Source of the DNA: Kudoa neothunni
Lineage: Eukaryota > Animalia > Cnidaria
Length of the DNA: 64,000 nt
NCBI GenBank assembly: GCA_964304625.1
Contig: OZ199840.1
Location: forward strand, 4,614,966 to 4,678,965
Direction: 5' to 3'
The notes under the pieces are model-generated. The model was not told where the DNA came from. It did not search any database and saw nothing but the letters and a program-made list of their open reading frames with translations. Shown here piece by piece: positions 1-13,724 of the stretch (position 1 is its first letter; each line of letters opens with the position of its first letter). The position numbers and the translations under genes were made by a program.

Positions 1-414
1 AAAGAGTGCTGAACGATGTAAAACTAACATCTAACAACGCAGAAATATTCCATCGCCACTTTTATTCCCGCTTTGACCAATCACATTCAGGATTAGTCAC
101 ATTCATCACAAATCTAAAAGAGCAACAAAGTTTGATTGAACAGGAAATTATGTATCAGCTATGTAATCCAAATACAACAAATCAGAACAAAAAGACGGAA
201 ATAAAAATGGAAAAATTGAAGGAGATATGCTCGAATTATGGTTCCTATTATGGTACATTTTATGTAGAAGCTATATCTAAAACGTATAATTGGAAATTAA
301 AATAAAATTATAGGTACTTTGCGTTTTTTTTCAATAAAAAATTACGGTTGATGTATTTCTTGCATTCGCGCATGCGCGGGTAATCTTTCTCCATCGGCAA
401 AATTTCTCCATTCG
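1..414 (+). mobile_element. 3' remnant of a Mutator-like (MULE) transposon; transposase C-terminal fragment at 6..305
   Basis: ORF 6..305 reads TSNNAEIFHRHFY..SH..LVTFITNLKEQQ, resembling the TNNxxExFH...H....F...LK.EQ block that carries the third acidic residue of MULE transposases. A related decayed copy lies near 50600. Similarity to the duplicated block starts abruptly at 415. Confidence 0.6.
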
Positions 415-3400
415 GACTGTAGCTATGTTGGTGGCTCTGAGTGAGAAATATGGTTTATGATATTTTCTTAACTATCACTGAAGAATTTTGGTGATTGTTA
501 GATCAAGGTTGGAGGATAATAACGTCGTTTTCAATCTTGATCGAAGCGATTTTTTGATTATTTTATCATTTCTGCCGTATATTTTCTAACGATGGTTTAA
601 GCAAACTGCATGAGATAGTTCACACAACCAATGACTTACGTGGTTACAGAAAATTTTTAATATCAAAGTTATAATTAAGGGGGCGAACAAGCAATTTTTT
701 AATTGTTAAAAGATCCATTGTTATGTGAAATTAAACAGAACCAATAACTACCTTATATTGCACATAATTATAAGTTAGATTTATTAACTTTATTGACGAA
801 ATAGACCGCCATTTTCAACAAGGTCAATGAGTTCATGTGTGAACGATCTCTTTTGTGGATTTTTTCGCTATTAGAAAAAACCCTCTCTGAGCTCCAATTT
901 CCAGTAGGTCCCGAAAATAACTGTTACCTACTTTCTTAGATTTCGATATTTAGAACCTTCCAATAGTCTAGGGCGGGGATGGTAAGTTCTTGTTCGCTCG
1001 CAAGACTCCAAATTTGCACAAAATACTAATGAACGAACGTGAACGAAATTACAGCCTCAAATTATTTGAACGAACGAAATTGCCATCAATGGTAGAGAGA
1101 CACTATCTTAATTAAAACCTTCACTTAATAGAATGTCGAAGTTATCATTGAATTAATTTAATAATAAAATGTACGTGTAGAAATCCACAGTTTGATAAAA
1201 TTAAAAATCAGCGAATACTTGAGTAAATTGGAGATAATAACAAACTATATTTGATAATTAATTATAAAAAGCTTAAATAATATTTTGATTTGAGAGTTCT
1301 AATTTTTGTTCTTCATGTATCCGAAATAGAAACCTATCCCGATAACCACGATAACAACTGGAACAATCACGGAAATAATTCTAAAGATAAAGATTAAAAT
1401 ACTCAAAATTGATTATTAATACATCGTATTTTTGGATCTAAAAGAAATTAGACAAAATGATGACATATCAAAAGTTACGTTGATTTGTTTGAAGATTCAC
1501 CTATTAAATATTTATAATTAGCATCGAAATATTATGATGGTTACCTTGTTTAATTATTCCAACACCGTAGGTATTTGGATCTTCATTATAGAATAGAGTC
1601 AAATGGTAATCGTGTATATCTTCAACTTCTGTAATTGTGAATTCCTTGCAACGAGGTAATTGAGTGCAACCTTTACCAACAACCATGCATTTTTTCACGA
1701 TGGGATTTGAGGGTTCTCCAGAATTTTTTAACTGCCATTTGCATAACGCATTTTCGTCCAAACCTTGAGGTAAAGTAGTGCTAACAGTCAATGTTTTATC
1801 GACACGTGTGATCACCACTATTAATTGTTTATTGAGATCAGTGGGTTGTGAAGGCAATGGGTCTAAAATGTAATTTTAAATAGCATTAGTAAATTTTTTA
1901 ATTTTCGTTGTAGTATTAATTCAATTTTAAAATTGGTTATATAAAAATTTATGAAGAAATACTTTTGGGTATATTTATTGAAACTTCTGTGGACCTTCCA
2001 ACAGCAGTCACCGAAACTTGATAATCTTTGTCTGATTCGTATCCTTCACTAAAAATGATATTGCTGCATAAGGGTGGTGCTTGGCACGATGAGATTGTAT
2101 TTGTATTGGTGGCAGTTGCTGCATTTACGTTTCGTTGGTCTCCTGATGATCTAGCCACCCCCATTTTTGATGTTGATACGAGAGTAGAACTTCCAGCAGC
2201 TCTTGTTGGAGTTCGTGATGGACATTCGTAAATTAGTCCATAATCTTCTCCTTGTTTAACTTTAACTTTGTAATGACATACGGCTGCTGGGTAAGGCGAT
2301 GATAAGGAACCTGCGACTTTAAAACCTTTATCCAACATTTGTTTTTCAAGTGTAAGTGTTGACAAAGCTTAAAAATTATTTAATTATTATTTTATGAAAA
2401 AATATGTTACCAGTTCTGAATTGGTGAACTTTGAAACCATAATCTTTGTGTGCAACAACTTTGAGATCATAATCGGTTCCTGGAGATAACCCCACGATAG
2501 TTTGAGACTCCCCACAATATCCTCTGCATGGATAACTATCAACGCACATTGCACAAACATACGTATCTTTCCCTCGCGGGCTTAGATAGTAAGCACATGT
2601 GGTACTAGTTTTTGAAATCGATGTTTCAACATTAAGTGCCTTAATAGATAGACCTGTATCTCGTATTGTTGGTGTAGCAGTAGGAAATGTTTTTGATTCG
2701 TCGTTCGCTAAATTAAATATTCATGTAATTATTATGTAGATATTTTTATACATTGACTTGTTCTGAAGAATATATGTTCTTTAAAACTAGCTGGGATTTT
2801 ATTGTTGCTTCCAGGTGCATTTGTTGCTGCGGCAACTTCGAGAATATAAGGTTTACCAGGTGCAAGCTGGATTATTGTTAATGAAGTGGCGCAATCTGTG
2901 GCACATGGTGATGTACCAGAAGTATTGCATTGTGCTCTAGTGGCGGCGGTAGTAGTAGGCATTGGTTTGTCAGCCGCGTAATAATTTACAGTACATTCGG
3001 AAAATTTGGTCTCAACACCTTCTTGTTGAAATAAAGCTACATTTAACGTGACACCAACTGTTGAGTACGATGATAACAATTTCCCAGTGTCATTTTCAGC
3101 ATCAGTTTCCGTAACAACTAAGAGCGTATTATTTAAAAACAACTTAATCAATATTACCATATTTCTTTTGTATGTAGCCAGAATATTCGGCTCCATTTGC
3201 TTGGAGCGGAAAATGTCTGGACTGAACTAAAACTTCAACAACCACTTCTGATGTCTCAAAAATAAGCTCAACGTCGTTACATGGTGCATAACAATCTTTA
3301 TTTTCGCCGCCGCAATTTGATTTGTAATCATTAGTACTACCTTGAGGAATGCCGGTTGACGCTTTTTTAATACTGAACTTACAAATTTCAAATGGAAATT

Positions 3401-4814
3401 TGTTAGTAAATTTTAATAAATATTTAGTTTTTTCTTTATTGTATGTCACATAATATTGAGGTACATAAACGTCCGTCTTCATTAATGTGTATCTATTTTG
3501 AAGTTTATAAAAGAAACTTGGATAGTTCGTGCATTTCATTTCATAATGGGGGATCATTAAATCAAATTCTACTTTATTATCATTATTCGTATCATTTGCT
3601 TCGATACAACTTCCATCAGCTGTTCCATCGGCATATTTAACACCCTTGTAATATATTGGGCAATCGACGTTTTTGCATGTTATTGTGCTAAATTTTAATT
3701 TATTTTCGGTTGTGGTAGTTATTGTAACTTGCGGATTTACCAATAAAGCTAATAAAATTTTAGATAGATTGAAAAAACCCGTAAATTACGTATCTCAAGT
3801 CCGAAGATAGTTGGGTCTGTAACTTTTGTATTAACGACTTCAGTAGTATCTGCAACAAAAACTTCCACATATTTGGTTCTCGGAGAAAATTTATCGTATG
3901 CAAATCTTATATCATCTCCTGTGCATGTCCTAACACACTGTCCAACACCAGAACCAGTCTTATTTTCTGGACACGAATCGATTTCTCCATAAACATTCCC
4001 AGGCTCATTTAACTTTTGTATATGACAATGTTTTGAAGTATAATCAGTACCACTTAATACTAAATTAACTTTCATTTTATCATCATGTTTCACAATCTTA
4101 TAGGTAAGCATTTTTGTTGCAGTTGTTTGAGGTTGTGGTGCCACCGGCGTGCTAGCTTCGGCTAATAAAGCATATATGGCTAATATTTAATTAATAAAAT
4201 AAATATAGAGTATAAAATTTACAAACAATTTGAAGAAAAATTCCCATTGCATAGACCGAACATTTCATTGTAATGAAGATAATCTATTGACGAAAATTAT
4301 CGTTTTATTTATAAAATATATCGCGAATTCGTTTTAATGAATGTGTAGATGTTGATTAATAAATTATTTTTTCACATTAGTAAAATTTAATAAGGCTTAT
4401 TTGACCTACGTCCATATTTAACATGAAAATTAAGGATCATGTAAGAATCTATGGAAACATTTTTGGGGAATTTACTTTATACTTCAAATATTAACATTGA
4501 AATTTAATAAATCCACGCATTTTATTATTGTGTAAATTATCTTAATATAATCAATTATTTAATTTACAACTTCAAAAAAGTTCTATTCTTATTATAACGA
4601 TTTCTTTCTACTTTCAAAAAACATAAAATGATTTTATATATACCGTGGTCTGGTTTAAAAAAATACATTATTTCATTTGTCAACATATTTTCCATTAACA
4701 TAAAGTAATTTGCTCTTATTTACTTAGAATACAATAATGTATCAAATATGTGAGATTATTCGATAATTTAAAGGTAAAAAAATTTCATCTTAATGTTAGA
4801 CACAAATTTCAGTT
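415..4814 (-). repeat. Left arm of a large inverted segmental duplication (partner 13178..17101 plus 20120..20585) containing surface-protein gene copy A and its flanks
   Basis: The reverse complement aligns by eye. Examples: gactgtagctatgtt (415) vs aacatagctacagtc (20571); 841-880 vs the flanks of the MULE at 17093/20120; caactgaaatttgtgtc (4814) vs caactggaatttgtgtc (13178). Confidence 0.9.
1299..4268 (-). CDS. Surface-protein family copy A: 10-exon type I membrane protein (signal peptide, Cys-rich FN3-like modules, TM, KNKN tail)
   Basis: ATG at 4268 (MKCSVYAMGIFLQIV), with GT-AG introns at the same positions as copy C. ORFs 3749..4144, 3144..3743, 2732..3196, 1949..2365 and 1504..1857 are its exons. 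The final exon is IIISVIVPVVIVVIGIGFYFGYMKNKN*, stop at 1301-1299. No disruption seen. Confidence 0.88.
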
Positions 4815-5249
4815 GTTTATATAGAACCTTTATATATTTTTAATGTTAAATTCATCCTACATACGATGAGTACAAATCAATCCATCTATATAAGTGATGG
4901 GTATATCTCAAGGCAGCGGCTATGTTACAGGCAATTAATATCACTAAAACTAGCCAGTTGAATTTACTGAAAATTTATATATTAATATAATCCATAACGG
5001 GAAATTTATTTATAAATTTTTAAGCATATACGCATATGTTATGCAGATGGCCGTACAATAACGAACGTGACTTTATGTTAACAGGTTTATTAACATTAGA
5101 AACAGATTAAAAATCAAAGTATTCGTTTAAAAATGTATTAAACAATTTATAAATCTATAACGACAATTTTTCATGATTATGTGCGTGCGACTCATTAATT
5201 TGTGCGCCAGAATACTGAATCTGAATTCATTAAACGTTAGCATGAGGTT

Positions 5250-8200
5250 TAACATTTTTACATACACTCTAGGTTCATCGGACCCTGAGAGAATAGTTGT
5301 TGATTATATTATGGCTCTCTCAATGGAATCAGAAAGTCAAAATTTAGTCTAGCTTCCTAAACATTTATGTTGTATTTTTATTCATATTTATATGATATAA
5401 TGACGTATATGTAGTCTTTTATTTAACCAAAAAAAATTCTATCCTCTTATGTACAAACTGGGTTTAATGGACCCAGTAGAATAATTTGACAATTAACGCC
5501 TTTAACCCTCTAACGACATTGGGGTTTGCTACACTCCAAATCAACTTTAATCTGGACATAACTTCGTACACTTCACATCAAATAATTCGAAATTCTGGCT
5601 ATTATCATAATTTGGTAAGTTACACAAGTTGAGGAACGCTTATAAAAAAATTATAAAATTAAGCTTACTTTTGCATTCAATGCATACAAGAAGTTTAGGA
5701 TTGTTTCTTGGTATTCTTTAATGGAGATATGTGTGAAGAAATTATTAAAAATATCAATATATTTGGATATGATTATTTTAAGGATTCATTGAAAGAAGTT
5801 GATGATGTCGAATATATAGGGTATCTAGGAATGCTTATCTTGATGAAAATTCATCAAGAGATAGCAGAACTTTTTAGTTTATCTGAAGGGAAGCAAATTT
5901 ATCGTCAGCTTTTTTTCGAACCCGTTTTTTTATAAATATCAAAGGCACTACACTTTGGCAATCAAGGCACAAGAATGCAAAGAAATGCTGATAAATTTTC
6001 TGCAATTCGTGATGTTTTGAATATGTGGGTGAACGAATTACCAAAGTACTTTGCACCTCACCAAGACGTCATAATTGACGAACAACTTATCCCTTTTTAA
6101 AGGAAGATGCCCCTTTAGGCAATATATACCTGAAAACCCGGCGGAATATGTCCTCAATATTTCTCCATATCTCGGGGGAAAAATGACGAAAACACTACTA
6201 GATGTATTGGAGTTGGCGAAAGCATTGTTCTTTCGCTTGCATCTCCATTGTACAATTCTGGAACGAACATTGTTTCCGATAATTTTTTTTCGTCGCTATC
6301 ACTCACATGGAAATTACGGCAAAAACGCCTTACTTATCTTTGAACTATAAGGAACAATAAGAGGGATTTTCCTCCATGTGTGCCTCCATCCAGGAACAGG
6401 GAGTTACATAGTACCATATTCCTCTTCCATGAGAAAAATACGATAACGTCATATGTTATCAAAAAAGGAAAGCTCGTTAAGTTGCTATCATCAGGAACAA
6501 ATAATACCAACATACGAAGTCCACAAAATGACAGCACACCACACGTTATAGAGCATTAAAATGGCACAAAAGATGGAGTCGATACTGTTAATAGAATGAT
6601 ATCTTCAGTATCCATAGAAGATGACCAGTCGTCGTATTTTATAATATGATTGACATCTCATTAATCAACGCCTTCTCTATTTATAAAAACGTTTTTAAAG
6701 AAACCCCCCTCCAAAAAAAGAAGAGTTTTTTTACAAGAAATGGCAGAATTATTGTACAGGCCATTTCTTAGTAGAAATACTAAAATTGAAAAAATATTCA
6801 AAAGAAGTCTTACATCCATTAAAATTAAACATAATTTTACTCTAAATTCAAATCGCAACCTAGATGCCAATTACGTTCTCGAAACGACGACTTTATGTTG
6901 TGAAATCTGCCAACGAAGTTATTACAAAGATTACTCGTCAAAACCCTGTTTGTATTTCTCAAAACAAACAGTTGACTTGATTACATATCATATTCTATTT
7001 AGTCGTCTATTTATCCTAGCCAAAAATACACATTTCATTCGCTGGCCGCGTTTATATAAGTTTTCGAATAGTGTGCGAAATCATCCAATAGGACTAAGAG
7101 GGGCTTAATGGTGTCAATATTATGTATTTTCCTAGAAATGTTTCCGAATGAATTTTTTAAAACTTTGCATCTTACTTTATATTAATTTTAAAAATAAAAT
7201 GATCCAACAAAAATCTGGGGTTAAATCTACCCCAATGTCCTTAGAGGGTTAATGGAAATCGTACGGTTGCTTAGTTATCAATGCTATTGGTCCAAACATT
7301 TCAATTATTCACCTATTTCGGATGCACTCTCTAGAGATAGATTTGAGCAACTGTCTAAATTTTTACATTTTAATAATAATGATAATGCAATTAACGATCA
7401 ATCGTCCCAAACGTTTGACCGGTTTGTCAAAAATAGACCTTTTTGGAGATTTTACGGGAAGCATTTTTAAAAATAACTCCATAGAACATAAATTCAGTGG
7501 ACGAACAGATAATTCCCTCTAGGGGTAAATGCAGGGAAAAACTGTATATATCGAATAAATCTACCAAATGGGGATTCAAAGTTTTTGCTCGATGTGGAAT
7601 AAATGGGATAATACATGATTTTCATTCGTATGATTGAAAGTCGCCAGTTGTACAACAAAGCTGTGATTTGGTTTCTAGGGGTTTTGTAATAAAATTGTGT
7701 GAACAACTTCCAAAAAATAGGATGTATCTGTTGTATTTTGACAGATGGTTCACATCATTTCAAATGCAACTTATATTGAAAAAAGGCGAATATATTCCGT
7801 AGGGACTATTCCAAATAACAGAATTAAAGGGTGTCCCTTACTCTGTAAAAGAGATCTAATAAAAAACGACGTGACTCATTTGATGTTTCTTAAAACTCTA
7901 ATGATGCATTGATATTAACTCTATGGCATGATAGCTCTGTCGTGACTTTATCATCCACTCCATTCTGGTAGTGAACTTCTAACAACTGTAAATAGATATG
8001 ATAGTCGGCAAAAAAATGCTTTAAAATCGAATTCGTAGCTGTTGTATTTGAATATAACAAAAGTATGGGAGGTGTTGATTTAGCCGATAAGTTGATATCG
8101 TTATATAGATTAAATTACAAATGTAAAAAATTTTACATGAGAGTATTTTTTTCGGGCATCAACACCGCGATCACTAATTCGTGGCTATTGTATCGTAGAC

Positions 8201-8560
8201 AAAATGCCATGAATAATGTTAACAAGGGCAAAGTTCTCGATTTGCTTTCATTCACATATTCAATCTGTGAATCATTATTGTATAAGACCAAACGTTAATA
8301 CAAACTCGAAAACGTGGTCGTCCGATTAATGATTCTAAGTTACAAAACAATGGAATCTACTATATCAAAGCGCAAGGGAACTACTTCTATGTCAGATCAT
8401 ATTAGATATGATAATGTTGGCCAATTTCCAGAAGTAGTATTAACGCCAGGTAGATGCGGTAGTTGTGGAAGAAACACTCAAATAATTTGCTTAAAATGTG
8501 ACATCCCTTGTTGTCTTGTAAAAGGTAGAATTGTTTAAAAGAATACCATAATATTTTAAA
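5250..8560 (+). mobile_element. Decayed outer piggyBac (PGBD3-like) element; transposase fragments 7252..8538, interrupted by a nested piggyBac
   Basis: Fragments read YWS..ISDALSRDRFEQLSKFLHFNNN, SVDEQIIP, KWGFKVFARCG, LYFDRWFTS, YNKSMGGVDLAD, then a C-terminal RCGSC..CLKCDIPCC Cys-rich domain. There are many stops and frameshifts. Ends are approximate. Confidence 0.8.
5506..7248 (+). mobile_element. Nested piggyBac element (degenerate transposase) with TIRs and TTAA target duplication
   Basis: TTAA at 5502-5505 and 7249-7252. Left end CCCTCTAACGACATTGGGGT vs right end (reverse complement) CCCTCTAAGGACATTGGGGT. Internal fragments include IDEQL..FKGRCPFRQYIP.NPAEY and TKDGVDTV. Confidence 0.92.
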
Positions 8561-8586
8561 TTATCGTTTTATTGATTACTCTATAT

Positions 8587-10190
8587 TAGGGGTTCCCAGC
8601 CGATTTTGCATCATTTACCCCTCAACCGATAACGGGCGTCTGTTCCATTTTAGTAAAACAAATAGCACTAAATATCTTTTTAATGAATAATTATTTTTTT
8701 ATAAATATATCTTAATAATTTCAATAACTATAAGATTTTTGATTTTAAGTGATAAAAAAATATTCATCCTAGCAAAAATATTTAAACTTTTTAGTTTTTA
8801 TGGCGCCATTAGCGGTTAAAACCAATGTATTACCTTTCGTAATACATAATATTAAGTTTTGTTTAAATCAATAAGAACAATTATTTTTATTAATATTAAA
8901 GACTTAAATATATTCCAAATAAATGTTTTGTTGAAAAAAACTTCGTATTTATTTTAAAAGTATTTCTGGAACAAAAACTCTATATTATGTGATAATATAT
9001 TGGACATAGTCGGTCAAAATAATGAAACACACAAAGTTTCCTTTTGTCCTTTAAAATAAGTTTTAAAACTTTTTAAATTATTAAATAAGCAACAAAATTA
9101 TTCGAAGGCTCAAAAAATAAAAAAGATCGTTAAATATATAATGTTGAGGTTTTCGATGCAAATTCACTGTTTCTTTGCTGCTAATTCATTAGCAGCCAAA
9201 CTACGAAATAGGAAATTACTTTGTAGATATTAAATTTTATTTACATTAATCGGTATAATTTTTGGGTGAAATTATTTCCCTGCCAACAAAAATCTCAAAT
9301 ATTAATGTCAATATAATTTTTGTAAACTTAAACATCCTTTCTAGGAATCAAAAATTGATTTCCTATTTAAACTCAATTTTTATTCAAAAATTTGTATTTT
9401 CTAAGATATAACCCTGGAATGAGTTACGTTTAACGCGTAGCCATCATAAAAATTAGAATTTGTTCAGTGTAGCAATGCAGTGTAGAGTTCAAGTATCCAC
9501 ATGATAAAAACACAAAAGAGACCATAAGAAAAGAAATTGTATATTATTTCCACACCGAATATATCATTACAATTGAAAAATAAAAGTAGTAGCGACTGTT
9601 TTTAATAGCACATTTAAAGACACCAAAAATACTAAGCATCAACTTTAAAGAAAAAGTAAAGCAATACATGTAGATCAAGACCATTTTTAGTGAGAACACT
9701 GTTCATTCATTGAAGAAATTAGTTTGTCTATTCTTGGGCTTGTTGGTGACAATGCTACTCTCATATCATCACTGGCGCTCACGCGATTCCTTGTCTTTGT
9801 TTCCATTGTTACCAGTGTTGAAAATCCTGATTCGAAAAGGTAAGTAGACACGAAGAGAACGAGCACTTGGAATGCACGTTGGGTGAAAAGAGGAAATGAA
9901 CCTGAAAGGTTCAGCCAAAAATTTACACCGACCTCCTAAAATTTATTTATGAGAATAGAAGAAGATTGAAGATTAATGAGTTTGTTTTTTTCAGGATGAA
10001 TATCATCTATTTCTGATAATGAAGTAGAAAAGGGTCTCAAAATCCATTTCTCGGTCGGAATCTATCTTTGGAAAAGTAGTCATAAATTGATTCCTCCAAA
10101 TTTCCAAATGTTCAGCGTATTTCTGAGATAGCATTCTTCAGTTTCTTCGCATTTAATATATATAAGAGATGCTCATTTTCATTATATTGA
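8587..10190 (-). mobile_element. hAT (Buster/Charlie/ZBED5-like) element remnant
   Basis: The minus strand at about 9920..9687 reads FWLNLSGSFPLFTQRAFQVLVLFVSTYLFESGFSTLVTMETKTRNRVSASDDMRVALSPTSPRIDKLISSMNEQCSH*, the typical hAT C-terminal dimerisation domain. A hAT-like end taggggttccca lies at 8587. Confidence 0.8.
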
Positions 10191-11560
10191 GAATTTTAAT
10201 TTCAAATAGATGGATTGTTCTTATAAGAATAAAAGCATGATTCTATAATTTCACATGTTTTGCATGATCTAGCTGATTAATAATGATACAACCGCCTTGT
10301 TGGTTTTGTTAAAACTTTAAAAGTTGAGAATTAATGATAAGCTTGATAATCTTGTGTATTTAGAATGGTGTTTTTTCCGAATTAATAGCGAGAAATTTTT
10401 CTTTTAAATTTAATTTTTGGAATTAAATTATAAACAGATTGAGATTTACAAATGTTCGATTGGGTAAGAAAAAGCAAATGATCCACGTAAGAACCATGAC
10501 ATATACGGGCGGGTGCGCGAGTATTTAGAATGAAGTTGTTATTTTACTTTTAATTTAATCTAGGCATTCGTGGTTTCATCTTATTTAATCATTTATCTCT
10601 ATATTTATTTCAATTTTTAACAATGATGCAATTAGATTCTATTACAGCTGAAGAACGGAATAAAATATTATTGTAAAAAACGAGTTTAAAATTTTAATTT
10701 CTAATAATGACGAAAAGATATGATAACTAAATCTAAAACATGCAATTGGTTCCAATATATTATTCGCTTTTAATACTTATTTATAATTATAGGCACTTTT
10801 CGGTATTTAAAAACAACTTTAATTACAATATTAAAATTTTTACAATTAAACATAATTTTCAATAATTAATAATGATGTTTTAGGTTTAAAATTTTGTTAG
10901 CGGTTTTCTCTTGCTAAATTTAAGAGGTATTTAATTAATAATGGAAGATATTTATCATTGGGTTTTTTAAACCGTTGTTTCCCACATTAATAAAAATACA
11001 AATTTATACATCGTTTATAATAAAAAATATAACACCTATAACAAATTTATTGAAAAATTTTTAGCATAATTATTTAACTTGTTCGAAATTATTTATTTTC
11101 ATCATAATGACCAACGAACCCACTCTATGGTGTAATATTGTAATATAACTTTTTCTCTTTATTTGTCTATAATTTAATTAATTGATGAAAACCTATTTCT
11201 CAAAGATAAATTTTACATTAAAAGTTATATAAAATTAAAATATTATAGATTTCAGGAATACAAAATAAAATATTCCTTTGCAGAAGAACAAATTTAAATG
11301 ATCTTGTGCAAGTACAACAAAAACTTTCGCCTCCTATAATAATTATCTTTTTATATGTAAAGATTCGCTTAAACAGAAAAAACATCCATATAACTGTTAG
11401 ATTGCGCAGACAATAAAACAAAACTTAGTAATGTTTCGAGATTAAATTAGTGTATGATTATTTTCAAGAAGGTTATACGTGAAAATTATTTTTCTATTAC
11501 ATCATTTTAATATTTCTGTTAAGTTCTAGATATACTTTAATCCATATGCATAGTCACGTG
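10180..11560 (-). repeat. Internal fragment of the TA-flanked CAGTCAACAACGG-ended element family (other copies 20581..22170 and 53655..56822)
   Basis: The reverse complement matches about 55480..56625 and 21600..22170. ORF 11218..11421 is nearly identical to ORF 21823..22011. Confidence 0.8.
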
Positions 11561-12258
11561 TTTCAGTAGTTTATAAAATGAGCGTTTATGGTGGCATTAA
11601 CAATAATAAAATCTAAAAACCAAAAAGATTGTTATTTGTATAAAATTATTAGTTTTAATGAGTTAAATGTGTACCAATAAAAATAAAGACATAAGTTAAT
11701 GTTGGGGCTGACAGTTAGTCTTCGGCGTCAAAGATATAATGACACACATTATCTTGGTCGGTACCTATGTGTATTAATATACAGTTGGCGCTAACTATAT
11801 AAACACCCTTATATTAGCCTCTATATTATTATTGTTATATTTGAACGATGGTTCCTTGCCCTAACAGTTAACATATTTTGATTATAACTCAAAACATTCT
11901 TAGTCAATGTATTCAATCAAATTTCTTGTTAGGAATTTTGATATACATGAAGACTTAGAAAATAATAACAATATAGTTTATAATATTTTACGCATATTTC
12001 AAAGCAAGGGTAACTAATATTACCATTTTTAACAATTAGGATTGGGAATTTTAATAATAATGATAATAATAATAATAACTGAATAATTCCTTAGTTTCTC
12101 TTAAAAAATTTACTAAAAAAATTATAAACTAAAACAAGTTATACTTCATTATTATCTACATTTAAAAAATTATAAAGTATTTTGGTTATAGTGAAAATGA
12201 GATGTTTTTGTGAAATTTGCAAAAAGTATATTTTTAAAGTTAGTCGTTATAAAATTGT

Positions 12259-12264
<6 letters not shown>

Positions 12265-12291
<27 letters not shown>
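12265..12291. repeat. (TA)n microsatellite
   Basis: Uninterrupted AT dinucleotide run of about 13 units. Confidence 0.95.
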
Positions 12292-12554
12292 CAGTAATAA
12301 ATCTAAATAATAATAATAAATAACTTTTAAGTTAATAACTAAGGAGGAAACAAAATAATCCACTGTTTGTTGAAAAAAAGATGGAGATTAAACGTGTTTC
12401 CCACGGCGTTCGGATGAAAAATTCATAAAATTTACAAGTTTTTATTTTGAGCTGAATTCGAACTCTACGCATTCTTTTTTTGGCACTGGTGGCGAATTGT
12501 GGACCTTGCGTAATCCACGCATAATTCTTTAATCCTAAATTTGAGTCAAAAGAG

Positions 12555-12602
12555 AAAGGCAATGTCTATTGGCCCTTTGCCGGACCAATAGACATTGCCT
12601 TT
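12555..12602. repeat. Perfect 18-bp inverted repeat (hairpin), inside a second inverted-repeat pair at about 12488 and 12917
   Basis: aaaggcaatgtctattgg, a 12-nt loop, then ccaatagacattgccttt. The outer pair is ggtggcgaattgtggacc (12488) and ggtccacaattcaccacta (12918). Confidence 0.85.
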
Positions 12603-13724
12603 ATCTAATGAAAACTCGTCATTTGCTCCAAAACATAGTTCTACTGTGCCCCAGGAATAGCAGACCTTAAGAAATTATTGAAACATGCCTTTCTTCAAAA
12701 ACATCTTAATATTTTTGTGTGGGACACTTAAATTTTAGAACTTCGATATTTTATCAAATTCTATTGTTTCCCACAATCCTCACATAACGCGGGTGTTTTC
12801 CTCAAATGTTTTTATCCTGCAAAAATTTAAAACTAGCCTCTTCTGAAGAAGTTATCGATGAAACGAAATCGGAACTCATTTTGGAGCGATTAAAATCTGT
12901 GTAATCTCCTTAATCCGGGTCCACAATTCACCACTAATGTCCTTTTTTTAATACGAACAATCGTGCAAAAAAGAAATGTGTAAAAACACATGCTCGAGGG
13001 TGTTTTATAGGTGCTGCATACTTTTAATTACCGACAATAATTATACTAATAATGATATAATGATTATCACTAGTTTCATACTGTGCATACACCTTATTTA
13101 CAGGAATAAAAGAGGGTATTAAAAGCGGACTGTAATTAATCAGGATTATGTTTATGTCGCAATAGTTCACATGTGCCCAACTGGAATTTGTGTCGAATAT
13201 TAGGAAGAAATTTTTTTACATTTTAATTATCGAATAATCTCACATATTTACTACATTGTTATATTTTAAGTAAATAAGAGAAAACTACTCTATGTTAATG
13301 AAAAATATGTTGCAAAATAAAATGTGTTTTTTAAACCAGACCACGATATATATATATAAAATCATTCCATGTTTTTTGAAAGTAAAAAGAAATCGTTACA
13401 ATAAGAATAAAACTTTTTTAAAGTTATAAATTAAAAAATTGATTATATTGAGATAGTTTACACAATAATAAAACGCGTGGACCTATTAAATTTCAACGTT
13501 ACTATTTGAAGTATAAAGCAAATTCCAAAAAAATGTTTCCACAAGTTCTCACGTGATCCTTAATTTTCATGTTAAATATGGATATCGGTCAAATAAACCT
13601 TATTAAATTTTACTAATGTTAAAAAATAATTTATTAATCAACATCTATACATTCATTAAAACGAATTCGCGATATATTTTATGAATATAACGATAATTTT
13701 CGTAGGATGATTAACCTCATCAAA

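Noticed and set aside
11218-11421. Duplicated ORF ..GGESFCCTCTRSF.. (also 21823..22011) as a small Cys-rich gene
   Set aside because: It lies inside a repeated element, is absent from the third copy, and its conservation is explained by recent duplication.
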